Shown: in pieces, positions 18,757 through 29,311 of the stretch
How positions within the stretch are numbered: position 1 is the first letter of the stretch
Layout: every line of letters begins with the position of its first letter
Source: Escherichia phage ECML-134
DNA length: 64,000 bases
Sequence record: JX128259
Strand: one strand, 5' to 3'
Translations under genes and position numbers: made by a program
The notes under the pieces: generated by a model
The model's database searches: none
What the model was told of the DNA's origin: nothing
What the model saw: the letters and a program-made list of their open reading frames with translations, nothing else

Positions 18757-20183
18757 TAAAATTTTAATTCATTCGCCAAAGCATCTAACTGAGCTCGAGT
18801 GGATTCATTTCTTTGATAGCGATTCTGCTCAGCCTGAATCTGTTGTGAACCTGCTACTTCGTTCACTTCAGTTGGAGTAGAATCTTGTTCAATTTCTACC
18901 CATTTCTGATTTCCTTTTTGAACACCCATCAAAAACTTATTCCACTTATTCTTATCACCATATCGTGATTTGATTTGCTTAATGAGTTGTTGTTCAGCAG
19001 CTGCTAGCTCCTCGGTTTCAATGACCGCAAGCATAAAATCGGCTGTTGCTGGAAGACCGGCAGATTCTGCAATATCGCTCATGTTAACATCGGAAGAGTC
19101 CCAAGCTTGTTTACCAACCTGTGCTGCAGTCCAAAGAACAGTTTCGGTTTCAACAGCCAAAGCACGCAATTCCTCTGCAATAGCTTTAACAGTTGTGTAA
19201 CTATTTTCTGAATAAACTCTGATGCGGCAAGATTTACAAATACCTAGATAGTCGACAATAATGATTGTTGGAACAAAATTCTTTTTGAGCTTCAATTCGT
19301 TTAAAAGTGATCGAAATGTATTAGCATCTGCTCCGCCAGTAGGATACTGTTTAACGATTAAACGACCGAGAGTAGATTTCTCACGCCATTTTTCCATTTT
19401 TCCTTTATACTCAGCGTAAGAAATATGCCCATCATCAATGTCATCAAGAGAAACATCAAGCATATTAGCATCAATACGTTTAGCACAGACTTCTTCTGCC
19501 ATTTCCATGGAAATGTAAAGAACATTATGTCCGAGCTGCAAATAATCTGCTGCCAATGAACACAATCCTAATGACTTACCAACGTTAACGCCAGCCATTA
19601 AAACGTTCAGTGTTCCAGTCTCAGCTCCGCCTTTAGTAATTTTGTTTAGAATTCTGAGTTTAAATGGAACCTTACGAGCTTTATTCATATAAGATAGCCA
19701 ACGTGCTTCGTAGTCATCCATCCAATCATGACCAACGTAGCTATCAAATGAAATAGATAATGCTTGGCGCATGATGTCAGGAATAGCACCAACGTCCGGC
19801 ATTTTCTTATTTCGTTTTTCCGGAGGAAGCTCAGCATTAGTTTGAATTTCGATTATTTTAGACGTAGCATTAAACATCGCCCTTTGCTGAACATATTTTT
19901 CTGTTTCTTTTATTAACCAACTGTGGTCTTCTGGAGAATCAGCTAGTTTTGAAATAAGTGTTTTTACACCAGAATATTCTGTTTCAGTAAATGAACTATT
20001 TTCTAATGCAACATTTAACGCATTAATAGATGGAACGCTATGATACTCATTAACATGAGATTTAATTAATTTGAATGTATTTTTAGCTGGACCACTTTCA
20101 AAATATTCTGAATCCATATATGGCCAAACTTTTGAAAAATAAGCTTGATCAAATATGAGATGAGAAAGAATAATTTCTACCAC
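18756..20183 (-). CDS. 41: replicative DNA helicase
   Basis: 475-aa ORF, T4 gp41 length; DnaB-family P-loop GVNVGKS. Confidence 0.9.
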   Translation of the reverse strand: MVEIILSHLIFDQAYFSKVWPYMDSEYFESGPAKNTFKLIKSHVNEYHSVPSINALNVALENSSFTETEYSGVKTLISKLADSPEDHSWLIKETEKYVQQRAMFNATSKIIEIQTNAELPPEKRNKKMPDVGAIPDIMRQALSISFDSYVGHDWMDDYEARWLSYMNKARKVPFKLRILNKITKGGAETGTLNVLMAGVNVGKSLGLCSLAADYLQLGHNVLYISMEMAEEVCAKRIDANMLDVSLDDIDDGHISYAEYKGKMEKWREKSTLGRLIVKQYPTGGADANTFRSLLNELKLKKNFVPTIIIVDYLGICKSCRIRVYSENSYTTVKAIAEELRALAVETETVLWTAAQVGKQAWDSSDVNMSDIAESAGLPATADFMLAVIETEELAAAEQQLIKQIKSRYGDKNKWNKFLMGVQKGNQKWVEIEQDSTPTEVNEVAGSQQIQAEQNRYQRNESTRAQLDALANELKF

Positions 20184-20192
20184 ACTTACTCC

Positions 20193-20555
20193 TTAAAAGA
20201 ATTTAAATTTTTTCTTTGACCTTTTATTAAATGCATCTTGTAGTTGCATTGTAATACATTTTTCTACATGAGGAGCTAACTCAGCTTTTCTTTCTTGGTC
20301 AAGAACAGCAAAGTCCATTACGACTTTTCCATCAACCCAATCTAATTTTGTCACATACACAATGTGTGTAGAACCATCTTCTAGTTTAATGACAATCTCC
20401 TGGATAACATTTTCCATGGCAGATTTAATTATCTTAAGAGACTCATTAAAAAGACGTTCTTTTCTTTCTTCTTCCCCCTCCGAAGAGGGGGATTCATCGA
20501 TAATTTCTAGATCTAAATCTAAATCATCTTTATTCATTAAATTCTTCCATATCAC
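20193..20555 (-). CDS. 40: gp40-like head assembly protein
   Basis: 120-aa ORF between uvsX and 41, as in T4. Confidence 0.6.
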   Translation of the reverse strand: MIWKNLMNKDDLDLDLEIIDESPSSEGEEERKERLFNESLKIIKSAMENVIQEIVIKLEDGSTHIVYVTKLDWVDGKVVMDFAVLDQERKAELAPHVEKCITMQLQDAFNKRSKKKFKFF

Positions 20556-21711
20556 TTAACTGTTCGAGGTCAGTTTCTAAATCAGCAGCTGATTTACTTT
20601 TACTTTCTGGAGATTTAAATTTTTCAACCTTTGAGTTAATCAATTCATCGACTTCAGCCTCAACAATTTCATTACTATCAATAGCACCTAACTGATAAGC
20701 ACGTTTAATAGCATCTCGGAATGGTTGATGCTTAAATAAAGGACCCCAGAATGTAGTGCAGTTTGTATCTTTTGCACGCCAAGATTTTTCTTCGCGAATC
20801 ATCTCGCCGGTTTCTTCGTCAAGAAATTCACGAGCATACCAACCATTCTTAGGTTTTACTACAAATCCTAATTCTAGAGCCATATCTAACAATCCAGAAT
20901 AAGGATCGATACCACCGTCAAATTTAACATCAATAAAGAATTTACTTTTTTCTTTAACGGTACGAGATTTTTCTACATTTAGAACAAATTGATACCCCTG
21001 AAGATCAGAACCATCTTTAATCTGACGCTTACCGATAATGAATACTGTATCAGCCGAATACATTACGCCTGTACCACCTGTCATCACGGTTTTACTAAAC
21101 ATTTCAATGGTTTCAATTGTATGGTTAACCGCAACACATGGAATATTTTTAATGCTAAAATAAGGAGTAACAATACGGAATAATGACTTCAGTGATTTAG
21201 CACGAGTCATATCTGCCACAGATTTTTCATTCAAGGCATCTTCCGTTTCTTTCTTGGAAGCCATATTACCAATTGAGTCGATGAATACAATAACCTTTTC
21301 ACCACGCTCAATAGCTTCAAGCTGATTCACCATATCAATTTTCAGCTGTTCAACTGACTGGATTGGCGTATGAATTACTCGTTCCGGGTCAACTCCCATG
21401 GATCGCAAATAAGCTGGAGTAATACCAAATTCGCTATCATAGAATAGACAAACTGCGTCAGGATATTTGTTCAAATATGCCGCAACCATAGTCAAAGACA
21501 TATTTGATTTAAAGTGTTTAGAAGGCCCTGCGAAAATAGTTAAACCAGACTGCATACCGCCATCAATCGCACCAGAAATAGCAATATTAAGCATTGGGAT
21601 TTTTGTACGGATTACATCCTTTTCATTAAAGAATTTAGATGTAGTCAGTTCAGCAGTCATTTTAGAAGTGGAAGCTTTAATCAAACGGGATTTTAAATCT
21701 GCAATAGACAT
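20530..21711 (-). CDS. uvsX: UvsX recombinase
   Basis: 393-aa RecA-like ORF. Confidence 0.9.
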   Translation of the reverse strand: MSIADLKSRLIKASTSKMTAELTTSKFFNEKDVIRTKIPMLNIAISGAIDGGMQSGLTIFAGPSKHFKSNMSLTMVAAYLNKYPDAVCLFYDSEFGITPAYLRSMGVDPERVIHTPIQSVEQLKIDMVNQLEAIERGEKVIVFIDSIGNMASKKETEDALNEKSVADMTRAKSLKSLFRIVTPYFSIKNIPCVAVNHTIETIEMFSKTVMTGGTGVMYSADTVFIIGKRQIKDGSDLQGYQFVLNVEKSRTVKEKSKFFIDVKFDGGIDPYSGLLDMALELGFVVKPKNGWYAREFLDEETGEMIREEKSWRAKDTNCTTFWGPLFKHQPFRDAIKRAYQLGAIDSNEIVEAEVDELINSKVEKFKSPESKSKSAADLETDLEQLSDMEEFNE

Positions 21712-21788
21712 TCATTTTTTCCATAGGCATCATTATATTTTCCTCACTGGTTAAAGATAGAGTAATTATAACACAATAAATTTAGGCA

Positions 21789-22637
21789 TTAATCAACTGC
21801 TATTGGATGAATAGCATTAAACTTATGAAATGCTTCTGATTTTTCTTTACGCGAAACACACATGCGAAGAACCTTTAATGGTTCATCTTCTTCACCCAAC
21901 GATTTTCGTTTTTCAATATTCGATGTTTTCCAACGAGCTTGCTCTGGAAACTCTCTATTGATTTGCTCAAGCGCTCTATTATGTTTAGAATTACTGCGAA
22001 TTGAACTACATCCGCCAGGAGCTTGTGCTTTTCCAGATACAACCAGATATTTGAACAAGGCCAAATGCGGATAACCTTGATTAATTAAATTGAGAAATGC
22101 ATACATATCTTCGCATAAATCAATTTTTCCATACCCAATTTGTTCTGTCGTAAGTTTTCCGAGGTCATACCATGTATTCGTGAATCCATATGAATTTTCA
22201 CGATAATTACCCCAAGATGAAGTAATTTTAAAAATAGGTAGACGAGCATGGCCATGATAATACCCGCAATCCATGGCATCCTCAACATATTGAATCAATT
22301 CATAGAACTGTTCACGGGTCAATTGATTGACTTTATCCACACAACGGCGATCATCTCTTTTTCGCATTGAACTCATACGAATAGTAGTATCATCGTCAAT
22401 CATCCAGATTCGTTGACCTGCATACATATCAGTAATTGCTTTACGAGTACCGGCAATTCCGTTTACATCATCAGGAATAGTTATAATTTTAGCTCTAGAC
22501 CCATAGGCATCATAATAAGCTTTTTCTTCATGTTCACGCACTACAATATGCGGTTCATAATCAGTCGGAAACATATCAAGGGCAGAAACTGCCCCGACAC
22601 GCTGATAACTTGGAATTACGAATTGAATCATTTCCAC
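21789..22637 (-). CDS. glycosyltransferase, GT-A-like, at the beta-gt position
   Basis: 282-aa ORF; N-terminal VIPSYQR and IWMIDDD (DxD-like) motifs; does not resemble recalled 351-aa T4 beta-gt. Confidence 0.6.
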   Translation of the reverse strand: MEMIQFVIPSYQRVGAVSALDMFPTDYEPHIVVREHEEKAYYDAYGSRAKIITIPDDVNGIAGTRKAITDMYAGQRIWMIDDDTTIRMSSMRKRDDRRCVDKVNQLTREQFYELIQYVEDAMDCGYYHGHARLPIFKITSSWGNYRENSYGFTNTWYDLGKLTTEQIGYGKIDLCEDMYAFLNLINQGYPHLALFKYLVVSGKAQAPGGCSSIRSNSKHNRALEQINREFPEQARWKTSNIEKRKSLGEEDEPLKVLRMCVSRKEKSEAFHKFNAIHPIAVD

Positions 22638-23368
22638 TCACCGTTATAATCTTTTTTCACAATATGAGTTTCGCCAGTATTCCACCAATGATCAACCAAG
22701 TAAAAATGACGAGAATATACATGAAGACTTCCAACATTCCATATAATAGAACCTGCTTTATACTGACGAGTTGAATCACCTGCATTCAAATCAGATACTA
22801 ATTTATCTAATACGTATTTTTGCCATGCATAATCATTACGGAATCCGAAGACCACGTCATTTGAGCGCATGCTTACTACTGCATTGACTTTCTTATCACG
22901 AATCAGGTACTGTACTGTATTAGTACACATGAAATCTGACATACCATCTTTATTGTAGTCAAATTGCATGGATGGACGAGTATAAATCATGATACCACGT
23001 CGAGAATCAGGATTTTGACCAAGTTCAGCTAAACACATATCATACTGAGCATAGTTATCTTCTGACCAGATAGCCCAACCATAATTCGAGTTAATTTCGC
23101 CTTTAGAAGATGCTACTTGTTGCCAAATCTTTGGTGTTTCACCTGGAATATCTTTAACAAACAAGCTTTTAGATTTATACCATTCAAGTTCACGCTGAAT
23201 GTATTCATCATTAAGAGCGCCAAAAATAAACGGTTCATCTGCTACAAATGATGCGCCAATAATTTCAATAGTTTTAACACCAGTTTTATCAACTACGAAA
23301 TCTTTTTCTTTTAATGCAAGCCCCAAACGAAGACGGATTTCTTCAACTGTCATAGAGTCACTAATCAT
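22628..23368 (-). CDS. 42: dCMP hydroxymethylase
   Basis: 246-aa ORF, T4 gp42 length; thymidylate-synthase-like. Confidence 0.9.
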   Translation of the reverse strand: MISDSMTVEEIRLRLGLALKEKDFVVDKTGVKTIEIIGASFVADEPFIFGALNDEYIQRELEWYKSKSLFVKDIPGETPKIWQQVASSKGEINSNYGWAIWSEDNYAQYDMCLAELGQNPDSRRGIMIYTRPSMQFDYNKDGMSDFMCTNTVQYLIRDKKVNAVVSMRSNDVVFGFRNDYAWQKYVLDKLVSDLNAGDSTRQYKAGSIIWNVGSLHVYSRHFYLVDHWWNTGETHIVKKDYNGEWK

Positions 23369-23521
23369 TTAAACCTCAATTGATACATTCATATTTAACT
23401 TGTAACAGTAATAAACTCCAACCTAAAATAATAGTTGGAATCATAAGAGGAACCGTTACACTATAGTATATACTTATTATAATCATCAAGATTAAAAGCA
23501 ATGCTGCTATAATTTTGCTTT

Positions 23522-23773
23522 TCATTCCTTCTCTCTGATGATAATTACTTGATTTGGTTGTGCAGACTTTTTAGTTTCACCCGCAATTGACCAAATAAAT
23601 GTAATAAACCAACCAATAATTGACCAGTTAAACAGTAAAGATGTGAAAAAGATTCCTACTGTCGATTTTGACCCACGCATCAAGGCGATAAACCATGGAA
23701 GCATGTATATAATAATAGCCAACACACCTGAAACTAAAACCATAAAAATTGAACCTGCTACTAAAGTTTCCAT
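23522..23773 (-). CDS. imm: Imm superinfection immunity membrane protein
   Basis: 83-aa ORF, T4 Imm length; two hydrophobic segments. Confidence 0.8.
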   Translation of the reverse strand: METLVAGSIFMVLVSGVLAIIIYMLPWFIALMRGSKSTVGIFFTSLLFNWSIIGWFITFIWSIAGETKKSAQPNQVIIIREKE

Positions 23774-23780
23774 CTTTTCC

Positions 23781-24173
23781 TCACTTAGTCAAATTTTTTA
23801 CGCATGAATTATAAGAATTCACTACATACTCCATTGGAGCATTTTTACCAGTACGCAACTGGTAATTATTAGCCCAATTTGCCCAAAGCACGGCGCAGTA
23901 ATTTTCAATTTTTTCTTCGCGTGTAATTACATCCGAATTACGATATGCTTGAGCAGATTCATTTGGACGAATAGCTTCGTCAAAATTCGCCTGCATTTGT
24001 TCTACTGTTTGCTTTGGAGCTTCTTTATAACACTTGATATTAGGATTATAAAATTTGCTTGAACAGTTTACAATTTTTCCTGCATCAGACTGATTTACTA
24101 CCGGTCCTTGAGCTACACAACCAGTAAGACCTAATGCAATAACCAAAATAGCGATTTTCATTTGATTCTCCAA
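23781..24173 (-). CDS. putative lipoprotein
   Basis: 130-aa ORF; signal peptide with lipobox LTGC; GGAG Shine-Dalgarno. Confidence 0.6.
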   Translation of the reverse strand: MENQMKIAILVIALGLTGCVAQGPVVNQSDAGKIVNCSSKFYNPNIKCYKEAPKQTVEQMQANFDEAIRPNESAQAYRNSDVITREEKIENYCAVLWANWANNYQLRTGKNAPMEYVVNSYNSCVKNLTK

Positions 24174-24195
24174 ATCCGTATTAGTTGATAGTTGT

Positions 24196-24225
24196 ATAGT
24201 ACCATGGAAGAACAGAGATGTAAAC
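24196..24225 (-). promoter_or_regulatory. early sigma70-type promoter
   Basis: gtaaac at 24220-24225; -10 TACTAT; member of the near-identical promoter family with 49702, 51624, 55213. Confidence 0.55.
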
Positions 24226-24311
24226 AGTTTTGTGAAAAATTTTTAGGGAATTCTAAAGGTCCAGAATCATCTATTTTTCCTAAGAATTGATTTATATTAC
24301 TTGTATGAAAA

Positions 24312-24329
24312 AGGGACCCGGAGGTCCCT
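24312..24329 (-). terminator. stem-loop downstream of gene 43
   Basis: agggacc-cgga-ggtccct; 7 bp stem. Confidence 0.5.
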
Positions 24330-24341
24330 AGATTTATTCTA

Positions 24342-27038
24342 TCAGCCAAACAGGAAGTCTAACGAAGCTTTTTCTTCATAGTCCATACCAGCCGATTCAC
24401 ACATACCCGCAAGCGGTTTAACAAACGATTTTTGGAACAAAGTTGAGTAGTCAATCCAAGACAGTACATCAGAACGAATTTCTTTTGGAAGTTCTGTGCC
24501 CGACGGCCAAGCAATACACTTGTCACCAAATGGATTTCCCTCACGTAATGGAAGAACCATTACCTTATTTCCATCCAAAATTGGAGCTACACCCAGACCA
24601 CTAACAGCTCGACGATAAGTTAGCACCCCACGAATGTGGAACGGGCATTTAAATCCTGGCCAACCTTTATCGTCATATTTCGCTATATCGTTCGCGGTTT
24701 TTACTTCAGCAATAACTTTATAGTCAAGTTGACGATATTCTTTCTCAAAGTTCTTATAGTATTCTTGGACAGACTCTTCGCCTTCCTGAAGAATACGACG
24801 AATACTTTCTTCGAGAGCTTCTTGCACTGCTTTTGGTGTTGAACTCTGTTGAGTTTCCATACCCATGATTTTTAAATGCGGTTCAGCAAATCGCTTATCT
24901 TCCATATCATAAACGTTCAGAGCATAACGTTTTTTCGCTTTCCAAAATCCACCAACACCCTTTGAACCGAGCGGAGGGCAAGAAATAGCTTCACGGTCCA
25001 TATGCATCAGATGCTCGCGGTTATTCATATAATCACATAACTCACGATATGCAACATCAATCATAGGTTCCATCTTTTTCTTACCGAACTGATTCATAAA
25101 TTCAACCAAATCGTTCTGCTCTTTGAATCGGTCAAGACCTACTTTTTCAATAACTTTATCTACGCAAACATATACCGAATCAGTATCACCTGCTGCGATG
25201 AAATCTTCACCATTAGTTCCGCATACTTTATTCAGATATTCATTAATTTTACGAGCAATCCACTGAATACCAACTTGGCCGAAAATTGTGATAGCAGTAG
25301 CATTTCGCAAATCATAGTAACGGAAATGAATATTACCAAGAGCACCATAAAGACTGTTAATGAGAATTTTACGGTTCAGCTGATTTGTATTAGCAAGTGT
25401 AGCCGCTTTTTCACATTCCTCAATCAGACTATTGAGAACAGATTCAGTATAATTCGATAGTTCATTTAAGAAATCATCACTGAACTTAACATATCGTTCA
25501 ACTTCAGGTTTAGTTGAACAAGACCCTGCGCCTTTCATAATAATCTTTTTAATAGCTTCGGCATTCATTTCTTCAGCGAACATTTTCTTTTTCCAATCTT
25601 TACGCTGGAAAAATACTTTAGCGATTTCCTTTGGAATGATACCTTCTTGATGCTTATCATACATCCATCCATTCGGAGAACAAGAATATTCATCACTCGG
25701 TTTAGGAGCTGTTCCTGCAATATATTCATGAATTGGATGAACTTTAAACTGCCCACGAATAGTCTCAGGACTAATGTTAACCTGACGAATAATGCTCGGA
25801 TACAGAGACGTCAAGTCAAAACTCATAATATATCGACGAGCAATTGGTTTAGGTTCAAATACAAATGCACCCGGAAAACTTTGTTTAACGTGCGAACCTT
25901 GTTGAGGAATAACCTTATGTTCACCTTTCAATGAGTTAAAAATAATAGCATCCCAAGTTTTAATAGGACTCATTACACCGGAAAAAGGCATTTTAGCGTA
26001 ATAAGACATACTTAAAACTAGATCGATAAACCCGCGAATTTTATCAATTGCTTGAACTGATTCTACGTCAATGATGTTATAACTAATGTATCGTTGATGA
26101 TTAGTCTCACGAAGTTTATTAATAGGGCCATCATATGGTAATTTACCTTTTTTGGTTTCATGTTGAGCAACTGATTCCAAAGAGAATGACGGCAAATTAG
26201 TAAAAGCGAATTTCTTGTACAAATCTAAATAATCAAGAATAGATACGCCATCAATAGAATAAATTTCTTTGCTACCGTACATATTTTGAATTAGTTTAGA
26301 TTTTACTCGACCGATTGGAGAGAAACGTTTCATACTGCGTTCACCTAGAATCATTTTAACACGATTCATGATATACGGAACGTCAAACCCCTCAATATTC
26401 CAACCAGTAAAAATAGCAGGTCGTTTCTGTTCCCAGAGATTGATATATTCCATGAGCATATCACGCTCATTATCGAATGGCATATAAATTACTCGGTCAA
26501 GAATTTCTTGAGGAACTTCATCACCACCTTCACAGTCAAGCTTAGCAGCTAACTTTGCATCCCATTTTGATACTGAACCGTACATTGAATTCAAAAGGTC
26601 GAAAACATAAAAACGATCATCAATTGAATCGTAATGAGTGATAGCATCAATTTCATATTCAGCTTTCATTGGGTCAGGAAATTTATCACCAGTAACCTCA
26701 ATGTCACAGTTAGCTACACGAACAAATTTTCGGTCATAAACAATTTCTGAACCGTATGTATCACTGATATAAGCGAGTTTAAAATCGTTCATACCGAGAG
26801 CTTCGAGACCGATGTCTTCCATTCGCTTCATCCAATCTCGAGCATCTTTCATTGATGGAAATTTTTGAGGAGCGCAGTTTTTACCATAGATGTCTTTGTA
26901 TTTTGACTCTTCCTTACAATGCCTAAACATAGTTGGAAGATATTCTACTTCACGAGTACGTTCCTTTCCATTTTCATCAATATAACGTTCAACAATGTTA
27001 TTTCCGACTGTTTCAATAGAGATATAAAATTCTTTCAT
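24342..27038 (-). CDS. 43: DNA polymerase
   Basis: 898-aa family B polymerase, T4 gp43 length; exonuclease FDIE and polymerase DTDS motifs. Confidence 0.95.
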   Translation of the reverse strand: MKEFYISIETVGNNIVERYIDENGKERTREVEYLPTMFRHCKEESKYKDIYGKNCAPQKFPSMKDARDWMKRMEDIGLEALGMNDFKLAYISDTYGSEIVYDRKFVRVANCDIEVTGDKFPDPMKAEYEIDAITHYDSIDDRFYVFDLLNSMYGSVSKWDAKLAAKLDCEGGDEVPQEILDRVIYMPFDNERDMLMEYINLWEQKRPAIFTGWNIEGFDVPYIMNRVKMILGERSMKRFSPIGRVKSKLIQNMYGSKEIYSIDGVSILDYLDLYKKFAFTNLPSFSLESVAQHETKKGKLPYDGPINKLRETNHQRYISYNIIDVESVQAIDKIRGFIDLVLSMSYYAKMPFSGVMSPIKTWDAIIFNSLKGEHKVIPQQGSHVKQSFPGAFVFEPKPIARRYIMSFDLTSLYPSIIRQVNISPETIRGQFKVHPIHEYIAGTAPKPSDEYSCSPNGWMYDKHQEGIIPKEIAKVFFQRKDWKKKMFAEEMNAEAIKKIIMKGAGSCSTKPEVERYVKFSDDFLNELSNYTESVLNSLIEECEKAATLANTNQLNRKILINSLYGALGNIHFRYYDLRNATAITIFGQVGIQWIARKINEYLNKVCGTNGEDFIAAGDTDSVYVCVDKVIEKVGLDRFKEQNDLVEFMNQFGKKKMEPMIDVAYRELCDYMNNREHLMHMDREAISCPPLGSKGVGGFWKAKKRYALNVYDMEDKRFAEPHLKIMGMETQQSSTPKAVQEALEESIRRILQEGEESVQEYYKNFEKEYRQLDYKVIAEVKTANDIAKYDDKGWPGFKCPFHIRGVLTYRRAVSGLGVAPILDGNKVMVLPLREGNPFGDKCIAWPSGTELPKEIRSDVLSWIDYSTLFQKSFVKPLAGMCESAGMDYEEKASLDFLFG

Positions 27039-27096
27039 AGATATTCCTTAGTTTATAGCCCGAGTTATTAGGCTCTTGATATATTATACTCCAAAT

Positions 27097-27114
27097 AAGG
27101 GGCCGAAGCCCCTT
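27097..27114 (-). promoter_or_regulatory. stem-loop in gene 43 leader, UUCG tetraloop on transcript
   Basis: aaggggc-cgaa-gcccctt, about 60 nt upstream of gene 43 ATG. Confidence 0.5.
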
Positions 27115-27118
27115 TGCT

Positions 27119-27376
27119 TTAAATTTCTATTGTACGACGCGATATAACGGACTTGCCATCTTTATTTGTGGTTTTGATAATCGCATGAAATGCGAGCTGG
27201 TGCGGGTAAACTAATCGTTGGAATTCTTTTTGGAATTCTATTTGTTTATCTTCCGGGAGGTCAAAAACCAGTTGGGTAGAAGACAGACCATATGTTTGTT
27301 TTAGATTTTCGAATATTAGAAAAGCTTCGGTAAACTGAATCTCTGATTGTGTCATATAATTTGCCTTAATTACCAA
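27119..27376 (-). CDS. hypothetical ORF between regA and 43
   Basis: 85-aa ORF overlapping regA 3' end by 11 nt; no motif recognised. Confidence 0.4.
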   Translation of the reverse strand: MVIKANYMTQSEIQFTEAFLIFENLKQTYGLSSTQLVFDLPEDKQIEFQKEFQRLVYPHQLAFHAIIKTTNKDGKSVISRRTIEI

Positions 27377-27734
27377 TCGTATATTTAGGAACGAGTTTCC
27401 ATTCGTGTTTTTGTTTAAAAGAAATAACTCGGAAGTTATTAGTTAAATCTTTCATAAAAGTTCTTTGGCCAGGAACGATTTCAATCAATCCCCAATCTTC
27501 TAATAGCCATGCAATCGAATCACGACGAACTTCATCTTCTTCTGTCATTTCAACCTGACGGCCATCCATACGAAGCATTTCTTTAAAATGAACGATATAG
27601 TATAGTCCTTTTTTCTGAAGAATGTGGCAGGACTGATATAGAACTTTATCTTTATTATTAGCAATTCCCATACGAGTCAAAGTTTCTTTTACTTTCAGAA
27701 AATCTTCAGGTTTTTTAAGAGTAATTTCAATCAT
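27366..27734 (-). CDS. regA: RegA translational repressor
   Basis: 122-aa ORF, T4 RegA length. Confidence 0.8.
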   Translation of the reverse strand: MIEITLKKPEDFLKVKETLTRMGIANNKDKVLYQSCHILQKKGLYYIVHFKEMLRMDGRQVEMTEEDEVRRDSIAWLLEDWGLIEIVPGQRTFMKDLTNNFRVISFKQKHEWKLVPKYTIGN

Positions 27735-27735
27735 T

Positions 27736-28320
27736 TTACCATTCCAATGCTAGTTTTTTGAGTTGTTTCTGTTCTTTTACGTTCTTAGTCACTTCTTTCA
27801 AAAAATCATCCGTGACTAAACCTTTTAGTTCTTTTAATACTAAAGGAAGTTTTCCATTTTTAGTAAGAATTGATTTATAGTTAATTGCATCATTTGTATT
27901 AACTTGATACCGCTTAGCAAGTAACTTAATAATCAATACTTCGGTGGAATCTTCGACCAGTTTTGCCCATTTACCATATCTTTTACCACGAGGAACTGCA
28001 GCCATTAGATAATTAAAATGAGCTTCATCGCTTAAGCCTGATCCAATTAAATTCATAGCATATACAGCTGGCATGCACTCTGGAAATTGTGATAATGCAT
28101 TTTCGACCATGAATTTTGAATAATCTTTTTGAGCAATAGAGCATTTAGTTTTATTATTAATAGCTCCAATTATTTCAAAAAATTCATTTTCGGCTTTTTC
28201 TTTAAAAGAATCAGCAGCGGATTGGACAGCTGTCCAATCCTTTGAATACCAAGCAACTTGATGCTCGTTTAATTGAATATCATCTTCAAATAAGCTCATA
28301 TCACTTCCACTGCATTTCAC
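27736..28320 (-). CDS. 62: clamp loader small subunit
   Basis: 194-aa ORF immediately downstream of gene 44. Confidence 0.8.
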   Translation of the reverse strand: MKCSGSDMSLFEDDIQLNEHQVAWYSKDWTAVQSAADSFKEKAENEFFEIIGAINNKTKCSIAQKDYSKFMVENALSQFPECMPAVYAMNLIGSGLSDEAHFNYLMAAVPRGKRYGKWAKLVEDSTEVLIIKLLAKRYQVNTNDAINYKSILTKNGKLPLVLKELKGLVTDDFLKEVTKNVKEQKQLKKLALEW

Positions 28321-29275
28321 ATGCTAATTGAATGAAAAGATAAGCTAGATGCAATTCAGTGTTAGCTGCAATTCCATGATACTGATTATTTTCACCAACA
28401 ATTTCGTACATACGAATAATACTTTGTGGAGTTACGCGTGAATAGATTTCTTCGGCAAGTTTACCCACGAACCACGAATAATCAGCCGCATATTTTGGTG
28501 CTAAAGCTCTGAGTTGTTTAACATCTTTATTTTTGAGAGACTCAAGAACATCATCAATAGCACCACGATCGTTAGTAACCAGTGATAAAATACCAGCATC
28601 CAAAACACCTTTAGATGAATAACTATCGAGCTCGCCAATAGTTTTACGAAAATCAGGAAAATTCTTTTTAACCAAAGCTGCTACAACTTTCATATCAGCT
28701 ATAGCAATTCCTTCATACTTACAGATTTCAGTCAATCGACGAATCATCTGCTTCATCATTTCAATTTTATCTTCATCGGTCGGTTGACCGAATGTAATAA
28801 CTCGACAGCGTGACTGAAGTGGTTTAATAATACCATCAATATTGTTAGCAGTAATAATAATACTACAGTTTGAACTATAAGCTTCCATAAAGGAACGAAG
28901 ATGTCGCTGAGACTCTGCTAGCCCTGAACGGTCAAATTCATCAATAACAATTACTTTTTGACGACCATCAAATGAAGCGGCGCTGGCAAAATTAGTCAAA
29001 GGACCACGAACGAAATCAATTTTACAATCTGATCCATTCACAAACATCATATCAGCATTTACATCATGACACAATGCTTTTGCTACAGTTGTTTTACCTG
29101 TTCCTGGAGAAGGAGAATGAAGAATAATATGTGGAATCTTACCTTTACTTGTAATAGATTTAAAGGTTTCTTTATCAAAGGCGGGAAGAATACATTCATC
29201 GATAGTAGATGGACGATATTTCTGTTCAAGAATGTGTTCTTTTTCATTTACGGTAATCATAATTTCCTCATTCAA
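28301..29275 (-). CDS. 44: clamp loader ATPase subunit
   Basis: 324-aa ORF; Walker [11 protein letters not shown]. Confidence 0.9.
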   Translation of the reverse strand: MNEEIMITVNEKEHILEQKYRPSTIDECILPAFDKETFKSITSKGKIPHIILHSPSPGTGKTTVAKALCHDVNADMMFVNGSDCKIDFVRGPLTNFASAASFDGRQKVIVIDEFDRSGLAESQRHLRSFMEAYSSNCSIIITANNIDGIIKPLQSRCRVITFGQPTDEDKIEMMKQMIRRLTEICKYEGIAIADMKVVAALVKKNFPDFRKTIGELDSYSSKGVLDAGILSLVTNDRGAIDDVLESLKNKDVKQLRALAPKYAADYSWFVGKLAEEIYSRVTPQSIIRMYEIVGENNQYHGIAANTELHLAYLFIQLACEMQWK

Positions 29276-29294
29276 GTTTTAGTGTAAATTATAA

Positions 29295-29308
29295 AGGGCC
29301 GAAGCCCT
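29295..29308 (-). terminator. stem-loop between 45 and 44, UUCG tetraloop on transcript
   Basis: agggc-cgaa-gccct. Confidence 0.45.
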
Positions 29309-29311
29309 CTA

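Noticed and set aside
24158-24349. 63-aa ORF between gene 43 and the lipoprotein gene
   Set aside because: Spans the stem-loop at 24312-24329 and the promoter at 24196-24225; reads as translated regulatory sequence
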